A stretch of DNA of 63,939 nt, counting the filler, from Octopus bimaculoides (lineage: Eukaryota): NCBI RefSeq assembly GCF_001194135.2. It is 7 parts of 5 records of this genome, joined end to end, with 100 filler letters (N's around TTAATTAATTAA, not from the genome) between each part and the next. Parts side by side here need not be neighbours in the genome. Positions count along the whole stretch, not along the records: positions 1 to 12,002 come from NC_069006.1; 6 more parts are not named here. The stretch is one strand, 5' to 3'. Shown here one piece after another: positions 1 through 9,730 of this stretch. Position numbers and translations under genes: made by a program. A model generated the notes under the pieces. That model saw only the letters and a program-made list of their open reading frames with translations. It did no database searches and had not been told where the DNA came from. Every line of letters starts with the position of its first letter. Position 1 is the first letter of the stretch.

Positions 1-143
1 TATAGTTGAAATTTACAGTAAAACAAAAGACGAAGACAAGTGTATTAGTTTGACCCTCGGGAAGGTGAGAAAGTCGTTTACGTTTCGAGCCTACGCTCTT
101 CAACAGAAAGGAACACGAGGAAATAAACAGAGAGAGAATAAAA
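1..143 (-). mobile_element. Penelope-like pseudo-LTR fragment (copy 1) carrying a hammerhead-like motif
   Basis: Homologous to 36385-36540 and 54620-54745 (shared GAAAGTC-TT-ACGTTTCGAGC-TACG-TCTTCAACAGAAAG core). The hammerhead-like content is typical of PLE pLTRs; family assignment is inferred. Confidence 0.6.
74..111 (-). ncRNA. Minimal type I hammerhead-ribozyme-like motif, variant core (copy 1)
   Basis: Minus strand reads ccttt-CTGTTGA-A-GAGC gtag GCTC-GAAA-C-GT-A-aacga: perfect 4-bp stem II and palindromic ACGT stem III; stem I partly mismatched. Confidence 0.55.
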
Positions 144-165
144 ATACTTTTGGAGTTAGCAGACA

Positions 166-207
<42 letters not shown>

Positions 208-543
208 TACATAAAGGTTAGCCATCCAGTGCAGTGGCTGCCATGTTGAACGTATCCTGCAAGATTTACTGGTCTGAAGATCTTGCCAAACTAAGCGTTG
301 TATCTTGAGAATGAAGTCAGTATTTAGAGATGTTTTTATTTTTAACTTCATGCTTCATAGTAATCTGTACTCGATTAGTTTCTGACACTATTTAAGCAAT
401 TAACATTATGTATTCATGTTTATATGGTTGTGTTGTCAGCGTGAGAAATAAAATCAAAACTTAATATCCACGTCTGTGTGTACGTGTTTAAATTTGTATT
501 GAAATAGTTAAGCCAGACCACTGCATTCAAAATACAGCTCTCA

Positions 544-585
<42 letters not shown>

Positions 586-963
586 CAACTGGGTGTATAA
601 TTTGGTGTAGGAGGTATGAAATAGCCGTTGTTAGTTCTATATGCCGAGTATGTTTTGAACTCGTCCAGTGTGTTTATATCCCGTTCTATTAAACAAACTT
701 CATTTTAAAGCCAGTTTTAGTCGCAGGGGTTGGGAGCATATTTGGGGCTGTTACACCGTCTGTCATTTACACTTATGGATACATACACATATATATGCAC
801 ACTAAATATCAGTGATTACACACACACACACACACATACACTCTCTCTTTATCATTATATCTCTCTCTCTTACTCTACTATCCTTAGACACGCACATCGT
901 TTTTCGTTGGCAGACTAAAAAACATATTCACACATATACGAACAATTCATGCTCATGCTTGAA

Positions 964-1003
<40 letters not shown>

Positions 1004-1593
1004 CCACTAACCATTGTGCAAACATATACCAGACGGGATCGATGGGTATTGATAGCGGACGTACATACACAGCGAAACCGTAGAAAAATTGCCGATAACA
1101 ACACCGCCACCACCACCGCCGCCGCCGCTACCACAATTATCACCGACAACAACTACAACCTCAACAATAACATTAATGAATAAGAACTTAAAATAATCAG
1201 AAGTATTCACCGAACTACAAACTAAAATAAGAGGTAATCATGTTATTTTGACACGATGCCCTCAGCCATGTTGCAAACATTTGTACCACGAAATAATGAA
1301 ACATCGTTGCTTTGTGTTGGCAAACCTTTCGAAGTCAATTTAGTGTTGGTTCGTCGCTCTACGCACGACGGATGAGTAACTATAATAAATATTAATAACA
1401 ACGATGATGATAATAATAATAATAATAATAATAATCGTACTTTATAATAAAATAGTTAAATAGACAACAACAAAAATCGATGAAGCAGACGACCATCAGT
1501 GCGGCGCTGATTTTAGCGCCCTCTGGCAACAAGCCTTTATAAACTATCATATAACGTTTGGTAGCCATCAGTCAACTTAAACAACTGTACAGT

Positions 1594-2182
1594 TGGGGGT
1601 GGTGATGATGATTGTAGTGGTGGTGGTGGTGGTGATGGTGATTGTAGTGGTGGTGGTGGTAGCTGTGGTGGTGGTGGTGGTTGTTGCGGTGGCGAGTGTG
1701 GTGGTTGTGGCGACTGTGATGGTGGCTGTTGTTGTTGTTTTGGTGGTGGTGGTGATTGTTATAGGGATAGTGGCGTGGATGGTTGTGGTTGTGGTTGAGA
1801 CGGTAGTTATGGTGGTGATGGCTGTGTCGGTGGTTGTAGTGATTGTTATGAGGTTGGTGGTGGTGATGGTATGGGTCGTTGCGTTGATGGCGGTTGTCGT
1901 TTTCTGTGAAGGTGAGGAGATAGTAGTGATGGTGGTATAGGTTAAGGTGATGGTTGTGGTTGTGGTGATGATGGTGTTGATATTTGTGGTGGCGGCGGTG
2001 GTGGTGGTTGTGGTGATAGTAGTTGTGCTGGTGGGTATGATGGTTGTATTTCTGGTGGTGGCAGTAGTAGTTGTGGTGGTGATGGTAGTTGTTGTGGTTA
2101 TAGTAGTGGTGGTAGGTCTGGCAGCCTTGATTGTGGGTGCGATGGTTGTAGAGGTTAGTGTGAAGGCAGTGATTGTGTTGAG
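1594..2182. repeat. Degenerate (GTN)n/(ACC)n trinucleotide tract, in phase throughout
   Basis: About 590 bp of GGT/TGT/AGT/GAT triplets. It gives poly-Val (+), poly-His (-) and an unreported stop-free Thr-rich frame (-). Confidence 0.9.
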
Positions 2183-2410
2183 TCAAAAGTTTTGCAATAT
2201 TTTGGTAACTTATTTCGCTTTACTCTTTTACTTTTCTCTGCGGTTATGCTGGAGTAACACCATAAAGGATTTTAGACGGGGAAATCAACCCCAGGACATA
2301 TCCTATCGGTCGTTTTTGCGAACCACTAGATAACGGGGACGTGAACATACCAACAACGGTTGTGAAGCCGTGGTGTGGGAACACACAGACACACAGATTA
2401 TAGGAAAATT

Positions 2411-2554
2411 CAAAACCAAAGCAGAACGAATATCTCAAGTCATTTAGAATAATTTACTTAGGGTAAGGTGAATTCATCTTACCCTAATTAAATTATTCAC
2501 CTTACCCTAAATAAATTCTAAATGACTGGAGACATTCGTTCTGCCTTGGTTTTG
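2411..2554. mobile_element. MITE-like foldback element with about 62-bp inverted arms
   Basis: 2411-2473 (caaaaccaaagcagaacgaatatctcaagtcatttagaat...tagggtaaggtgaat) is about 90% identical to the reverse complement of 2495-2554; 21-nt spacer. Confidence 0.75.
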
Positions 2555-2579
2555 GTTATATACCTCCTATAACGGAACC

Positions 2580-3452
2580 CTTACATCGACCCCAGTGCTC
2601 AACTGCTACTTATTTTATCGACCCCGAAAGGATAAAAGGCAAAGTTGACCTCGGCGGAATTTGAATTTAGGACATAAAGAGCCGGAAGGAATACCGCTAA
2701 GTAATTTTTCAGATGCGCTAACGGTTCTGCCAGCTAGCTGCCCTCCTAATAAACCCCTCTACTATGGGAACAGGTCCTGAAATTTGACGGGGAGCAGGTA
2801 AGTCGATTACATTACTTCAATGTTCAACAGGTACTTATTTTATTGACCCCGAAAGGATAAAAGGTAAAGTCGACCTCGGCGCAATTTGAACTTAGAACGT
2901 AAAGAACCAAAAGAAATACCGCTAAGCATTTTGACCGACGCACTTAACAATTCTGCCAGTTTACTGCCTTGATAATTCTCTCGACTTCAGGCGCAGGGCC
3001 TGACATTTGTGGGGAGGGGCTAGTGGAATACTTCGACCCCAGTGCTAAACTTATTTTATCGATCTCGAACGAATTAAAGGCAAAGTCAACCTCGGTGAAA
3101 TTTGAATTCAGGACACCATAAGGACGCGCCAAATACCACTAGGCATCGTCATGTGTGCTAACAATTTTGTCAGATCACTGCTATAATAATAATAATAATA
3201 ATAATAACAACAATAATAATAATAATAATAACAATAATAATTCTTTCTACTAAAGGCACTTTCTACAAAAATATCAAGAGAGGGGACTAGTCGATTACAT
3301 CGACTCCAGTGTTCAACTGGTACTTAATTTATCGACTCCGAAAGGATAAAAGTCAAAATCGTCCTTGGCGGAATTTGAACTCAGAATGTAAAGACAGACG
3401 AAATGCCGCTAAGCATTCCGCCCGGGGTGCTAACGATTTTGCTAGCCCACCG
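2580..3452 (-). mobile_element. Four head-to-tail copies of tRNA-derived SINE family A (approx. 2580-2746, 2757-2970, 2980-3182, 3241-3452)
   Basis: Each carries the reverse complement of the B-box GAGTTCAAATTCC and of the central tcgactttgcctttcatcctttcggggtcgataaa block (Nin/Deu-domain-like); copies are separated by (TAA)n. Confidence 0.9.
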
Positions 3453-3759
3453 CTATAATAATAATAATAATAAATATTTTCTGTATTAACCACCAAGTAT
3501 TGGTAAAAACGTCGAAGACGGTACAGAATAATCACAGTATTGCGCCAAGGAGGCAGGTTTCAGCCAGCAGTTGAAAGTTAGTGGCAAGGTGAACGGGTAC
3601 ATAAAGAAGACAGCTAAAAGATATTTTGTGAATAATGTCCGCCATTATGACTGGCTTGTTATATAATAACAATAAGAAGAATGATTGTGAGAAGGACAAA
3701 TGGCAAATGGAAACAGAAATCCTAGACGTTTGAGCCGTCACTCATCAATAAAATAAGGC

Positions 3760-3807
<48 letters not shown>

Positions 3808-4122
3808 CACATGAACGTATATATGTGCGTGTACGTGTGTACGCGTGTGTACGAGTATATATATGTATGCATGTATATATGTGTGCATTCATACATATAT
3901 AAATGCGTACATATATATATATATAAATGTGTGTGTGAAGGTATATACACCTCATGCGTGCGTGCACACACACACACAACAAACACACGCACAACAAACA
4001 CACACACTCACAAGTTAGAACATAACTGAATTATCACAAGTGTCTGATGAATAGTAACGGGAAATTCTGATAAATAGTTTGTGATGGTTTTACCGGTGTC
4101 GATAAAATAGTATACATACATA

Positions 4123-4322
4123 CATGTTTCAGTTATTAGATTGTGATCGTACTGGAACAACACCTCGAAGGAGTTTAGTGAAATGAATCGACCCCGGTAC
4201 TCATTTTCTAAAGCCTGGTACTTATTCTATCGTTCTCTTTACCGAACCTCAAAGTCACGGAGACGTAAAGACACCAATACCGGTTGTCAAATAGTTGTGG
4301 TGGACAAACAAAAACAAAAAAG
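4123..4322 (-). mobile_element. SINE family B, 3' half, degenerate
   Basis: Matches the 3' half of the full copy at 22727-23204 (aatcgacccc...agcctggtacttattctatcg...ggttgtcaa). Confidence 0.8.
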
Positions 4323-4329
4323 CACATGC

Positions 4330-4362
<33 letters not shown>

Positions 4363-4600
4363 NNNNNNNNNNNNNNNNNNNNNNNNNNNNNNNNNNNNNN
4401 NNNNNNNNNNNNNNNNNNNNNNNNNNNNNNNNNNNNNNNNNNNNNNNNNNNNNNNNNNNNNNNNNNNNNNNNNNNNNNNNNNNNNNNNNNNNNNNNNNNN
4501 NNNNNNNNNNNNNNNNNNNNNNNNNNNNNNNNNNNNNNNNNNNNNNNNNNNNNNNNNNNNNNNNNNNNNNNNNNNNNNNNNNNNNNNNNNNNNNNNNNNN

Positions 4601-4640
<40 letters not shown>

Positions 4641-5291
4641 GGTGGGCTATGTATACATATGTACTTACGTACATACAAATATATACATACATACAAGCAT
4701 ACATCAAATACTTTTTGTCTGTGTTTTTGTGAAAACGGACTTCCCTTTTCACGAAATTCTATAGAAACAGCGAGAAGGCAATAAGTACAAAACACTGCAA
4801 AACACTCAAACAACAACGGCAACAAAAATTGCCCCCAATAACAAAACCAAAAAAGACCCCCCCCCCCCACACCGATTTGTGTGACCTCTTTGGTCATGTG
4901 AGAAAAACATGACACGTCAGTCAGTTTACCACACACGTGACCTCTTTCACTTTGAAGTCGGCTTCGTATTAACAGGTGTGTAAGGTATTGTGTGGTCTAT
5001 TGTTGCGTATTATTTTGTATTGTGGTTTATTGAGGTTCATTGTTATGTCTGGTGTGCGCCCTATTGTAGGGGCTGTGGAGCCGCCGCGCTTCCTCTGTCT
5101 AACAATTTAGTGAAGGGTCTCACATTGCATATGTGTGTGTGTGTGTACATGTATGTACGCTTGTATGTAGGTAAGTATGTATGGTAGTGTGCCACAGACG
5201 TGATTTGTACTTCTTTGACTTTATGCGTGTGAAAATACACACACACACACTCACACACACTAAATCACAAATGTTTAAATGCATACACACA

Positions 5292-5370
5292 TTTCATTTT
5301 ATCATTTTATCTAGTTTCAGCTCATGAGCTGTGGCCATACTGGGGCACCGCCATTTGGTGTTGCTACACA
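5292..5370 (-). mobile_element. Isolated retroposon 3' tail related to the SINE B / CR1-like tail
   Basis: Minus strand ggcggtgccccagtatggccacagctcatgagctgaaactagataaaatgataaaat: same GGCGGTGC.CCAG.ATGGCC.CAG...CTGAAAC scaffold with a different hairpin and a tandem tail. Confidence 0.65.
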
Positions 5371-5526
5371 ATTTTACTTCAGGAATTGACATTTGGTGCA
5401 TGAGAGAGTTTGGCATACTTATATATGTATATATGTATACATATATGTATATGTTCATATATGTATATATGCATACGTATATAAGCATATGCGTATATGT
5501 TTCTATGTGTATATATATATATATGT

Positions 5527-5685
5527 GGGGGGGGGGATAGTTTGAGCGTTTGTGGATGTATACTGTATACGCATTAGGCTTCCTGTACGGGTAACACTTG
5601 TCCGTAATCAGGTTTAAGGTTATGTCCAAGAAATCGACCGTAGTCAGGTTGGTGGTAACGGTCATGGGCAGGCTGAACTCCTTAA
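5527..5685 (-). mobile_element. Penelope-like element reverse transcriptase C-terminal fragment
   Basis: Translation TVTTNLTTVDFLDITLNLITDKCYPYRKPNAYTVYIHKRSNYPP fits the PLE RT motif FLD-x-YRKP-x-YxHxxSNHP; cut off by an N gap. Confidence 0.8.
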
Positions 5686-6680
5686 NNNNNNNNNNNNNNN
5701 NNNNNNNNNNNNNNNNNNNNNNNNNNNNNNNNNNNNNNNNNNNNNNNNNNNNNNNNNNNNNNNNNNNNNNNNNNNNNNNNNNNNNNNNNNNNNNNNNNNN
5801 NNNNNNNNNNNNNNNNNNNNNNNNNNNNNNNNNNNNNNNNNNNNNNNNNNNNNNNNNNNNNNNNNNNNNNNNNNNNNNNNNNNNNNNNNNNNNNNNNNNN
5901 NNNNNNNNNNNNNNNNNNNNNNNNNNNNNNNNNNNNNNNNNNNNNNNNNNNNNNNNNNNNNNNNNNNNNNNNNNNNNNNNNNNNNNNNNNNNNNNNNNNN
6001 NNNNNNNNNNNNNNNNNNNNNNNNNNNNNNNNNNNNNNNNNNNNNNNNNNNNNNNNNNNNNNNNNNNNNNNNNNNNNNNNNNNNNNNNNNNNNNNNNNNN
6101 NNNNNNNNNNNNNNNNNNNNNNNNNNNNNNNNNNNNNNNNNNNNNNNNNNNNNNNNNNNNNNNNNNNNNNNNNNNNNNNNNNNNNNNNNNNNNNNNNNNN
6201 NNNNNNNNNNNNNNNNNNNNNNNNNNNNNNNNNNNNNNNNNNNNNNNNNNNNNNNNNNNNNNNNNNNNNNNNNNNNNNNNNNNNNNNNNNNNNNNNNNNN
6301 NNNNNNNNNNNNNNNNNNNNNNNNNNNNNNNNNNNNNNNNNNNNNNNNNNNNNNNNNNNNNNNNNNNNNNNNNNNNNNNNNNNNNNNNNNNNNNNNNNNN
6401 NNNNNNNNNNNNNNNNNNNNNNNNNNNNNNNNNNNNNNNNNNNNNNNNNNNNNNNNNNNNNNNNNNNNNNNNNNNNNNNNNNNNNNNNNNNNNNNNNNNN
6501 NNNNNNNNNNNNNNNNNNNNNNNNNNNNNNNNNNNNNNNNNNNNNNNNNNNNNNNNNNNNNNNNNNNNNNNNNNNNNNNNNNNNNNNNNNNNNNNNNNNN
6601 NNNNNNNNNNNNNNNNNNNNNNNNNNNNNNNNNNNNNNNNNNNNNNNNNNNNNNNNNNNNNNNNNNNNNNNNNNNNNNNG

Positions 6681-6711
<31 letters not shown>

Positions 6712-7242
6712 GTATATATGTTTATTTATATATATATACGTATATATATATATATATACACGGTATATATATCTATATATATACGTTTGTATGTATATAT
6801 ACATGTGTATATATGTGTTATATGTATATACATGCGTGTGTTTATCACACACACAACGTAGACACACACACACACATATATATACACATACACACACACA
6901 CATGCGCACACGCACCTAATCTTGATATAAGATATGCCCACAACAGAGGTAAATGTGTAAGTGTATAAATGAGTTGTGAAGAGGGTGACGAGTGCGGCAC
7001 TTGAGAAAGATCAAAGGAAGATATCAAGGGATCAGGTGGTGTCAGAGTTGAAAGGTCAAAGGTACTTAACAACAAAAGCCTGAATAATTCATGGGTCCAC
7101 GGCCTAATAAAACTCTTAAGAGCGCAGATGGCCGGGTTATTGTTCTTAATGTTGTCCTCTAGACTGAGGTCATTTCTGATTGAAGTGACCAACGGTCAAA
7201 TGTGTTCTACGCATGAGTCCCCATCTTGGACTGTATTAGCTA

Positions 7243-7405
7243 ATGGCTATGTAGTAAAAAGTTTGCTTCTCGACCACATGGTTTCGGGTTCAGTCCTACT
7301 GCGTGACACCTTGAACAAGATGTCCTCTACCATAGCCTCAAGCCGACCAAAGTCTCGTGAGTGGATTCCGTAAGCAAGCTACTTACCACATAGCCACTCC
7401 TACGC
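7243..7405. mobile_element. SINE B 5' half (+, 7243-7368) abutting an inverted SINE B 5' end (-, 7370-7405)
   Basis: ggctatgtagtaaaaag...ggttcagtcctactgcg followed by gtaagcaagctacttaccacatagccactcc (reverse complement of the SINE B head). Confidence 0.75.
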
Positions 7406-7407
7406 CT

Positions 7408-7620
7408 ATGTCTAAGATATACAACAATATGCATGAAAATACATACATAAAACATACAAATCTGCAAATATAAATACATACATACATGCATACAAACAAA
7501 AATACCCTGTTCTTGATGATGGAATTTCAATGAAGGAGTCTTGGCTCAAGATTAGAAACCGGTTCTTTCTCTATTGGCAAGAAATTTTGAAATAAACTGA
7601 ATAATAATATACATATGCAC
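7408..7620 (+). mobile_element. 5'-truncated 3' UTR of an R4-like LINE, ending in degenerate (ATAC)n
   Basis: Collinear with the 3' UTR following the RLE-domain fragment at 13220-13600 (atatgcatgaaaatacatacataaaacatacaaatctg...aaaataccctg...tctttctctattggcaa). Confidence 0.75.
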
Positions 7621-7952
7621 ATACATGCAAACATATACACATAAATACATACATATACGCATAAATACATACATATACGCATAAATACACACATACACAC
7701 ATAAATAAGTCATAAATGACAAATATTTTGATGAACTTTTACCTAATATAAAAAAATTTTAACACACACACACATACATGTGTCGTTTATAAAAGTCGAA
7801 TTTTTTAGACCGTTCTTTAAGATGAAATTTATGGGTTTGACTATTACATGAATTCTACTTTTGAGGGGCTGAAATTCAAGTTAGAATCCGAAGTAGCGTA
7901 TCAGCAGCAGAAGCCCAACTGATGATGATGATGATACAAGCCATTGAAAGAT

Positions 7953-8150
7953 GAAATTCCATGAATGCGGGCAATGAAGAAAGTAACTGTCATCTCAGTA
8001 GTTGTAGTGAGATTGGGATCATTAACAATAAAGTGTAGGAAATTTGTTGGAGACCCTGGAGTTAACATGACGTAATATATGCTCAGAAAACCGCTCTATT
8101 AAGGACAGCGAGGATTTCGAGATTGGCACTTGGATGTCGAGTATCATGGA
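7953..8150 (+). mobile_element. R4/Dong-clade LINE extreme 3' coding end, decayed
   Basis: MKKVTVISVVV...QKTALLRTARISRLAL matches the R4/Dong C-terminal V-P-V-V-G-A-L-G / QKTALLGTARILR motifs. Confidence 0.7.
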
Positions 8151-8554
8151 AAGAGACCCTGTAAAACTTTTGGAAACAAGGTTTCTGTTCGCTCTTTAAA
8201 AATTAACCAGTGCAAGTGAAATCGAGATTTCAGAAGTGAAATAGAAATATGCTTGCAGCATATCCCGTGCATACATTATAGTAATGGAGATGTGGCACCC
8301 ACCAACAAATGTGTAGTGCTCGCTATTAAAATGATGATTTAATATAAGCACTGTGCATTCCATTATAAGCACAAAGCATTCCACCTTCAGAGCAGGCTAC
8401 AGTAAGGTGGCTACACAATTTTGTAACAGTGCTATTTCTTCGTACAGGGTAATACGTATCTTGACCCACAAATGTTGTCCTGTTGCTTGTGAAATACTAT
8501 GGACGACATTTATATGGGGTCTATGAAAAATTCCCAATTTTTTGGCCAAAAATA

Positions 8555-8604
8555 TGGGGGTCGACTTTTACATGAGTTCGACTATTACTCGAGTGTATAG
8601 GGTA
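8555..8604. mobile_element. pogo/Tc2-like terminal inverted repeat (one end only)
   Basis: Reverse complement TA-CCCTATACACTCGAGTAATAGTCGAAC...AGTCGACC resembles TA-CCGTATATACTCGAGTATAAGTCGAC termini; partner end not found. Confidence 0.4.
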
Positions 8605-9382
8605 TATATGAAATAATTACTTTACAAGACTATGACTGTTATAATTTTAATGTTTAAGGAAATGTTTGTCTTTTTTCCGTTCATGTTCTTTTTTTTTTTC
8701 CTCTCTTGGTTCCAGATTCCAATGACAAACGAGTGTGTATAAATATATACCTATTAAGAGAAATGAGCACTCTATATATACTCTGGGTTCATTGTATTCT
8801 TCTGATCATCGTCTTCATAATAATAAATAGCGTTCATCATCATATAATAATGAACCACATTGATAATGATGTTGAACAAAGGGCTAAAAAAAAATTATAA
8901 AATGAGTGGACCATTCAAAACGAGGCTTAAGATGATATAATTTGGACTAAAAGAACAACAGCGACAGAGAAAATACATGGTTAAATGAATGAAAGGATAA
9001 ATAATGACAGAGAACAGCTATTGTAATGATAACACCATAAATAGATAGAGATAAGTAAGACATTGATGAAAATTATATAAAGGGCTGATGCGGCGATAAC
9101 AGAAAGTAGCTATATGAATAATGTTGCAATGTGATGATAAGCACAGATAACCGAGAATGAAACGTAAAAGATAGAATGAGATAAAACAGCTAAAATAAAC
9201 ATTGATAATAATTCTACGAAGGGTTTGATGTTGGGATAACAGACAACACTTATTAGAATAATCTGGTAACGTAATTAGAAATGATAACAGGTAAAAAAAA
9301 AACAACAACAACAACAAATAACAGACGTAAAATACGATGTTGTGTTTAATGATAACAAGTCCAGTACTAAACCAGTGAGCGA

Positions 9383-9555
9383 TGTTTTGGCCACCGTCTG
9401 TCATTAATGACCGTGGATGAAAGTCTTATTTGTCCACCCTGCTGGAACAGCGTTGTCTGTGGCTGAACCGTCCGATACGCAAATGGCAGTCTGTGTCACA
9501 CAAGCCACACTTGGGGGCTCTCTGATGATGCGGTTTGAGTTGAAGCGAAAATTTA
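9383..9555 (-). mobile_element. RTE-clade LINE 3' end
   Basis: 9512-9426 translates KCGLCDTDCHLRIGRFSHRQRCSSRVDK* (RTE C-terminal C/H finger), followed by a short 3' UTR tccacggtcattaatgacagacggtggccaa. Confidence 0.75.
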
Positions 9556-9584
9556 TAACCGGTAACTGTTTCTCCATGTCCTGA

Positions 9585-9730
9585 GTAAGACTTCACACTG
9601 CATCCGGTAGTTGGGCCTTGGTACGGGAGTTCCTAGGTTTGAAAGAGTATGAAACCACTTCTTAGCCATTATTGTTCTCAGGTCTATTCGGAGTAGTGGC
9701 ACCCGTTAGGGTTCCAACTTGGGTTAACTA
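9585..9730 (+). mobile_element. Dispersed repeat, homologous to 33787-33940
   Basis: Both copies share aactgcatc.ggtagt...ggagttcc.aggttt...ctgttctcaggt...gagtagt.g.acc.gttaggg. Confidence 0.6.

Noticed and set aside
1245-1590. Splicing the Thr-rich frame onto a 45-codon open stretch at about 1379-1245 (-)
   Set aside because: Phases match, but the needed donor (ACT|GTACAG) is poor and the peptide is unrecognised.
7185-7200. Recurring TTGACCGTT motif (also near 36555 and 51655)
   Set aside because: A 9-mer shared by otherwise unalignable stretches; not enough to define a family or a regulatory site.
9522-9556. CTGATGA...GAAA hammerhead-like text
   Set aside because: Stem II is only 2 bp, and no 3' strand complementary to the upstream gggggctct is present for stem I.
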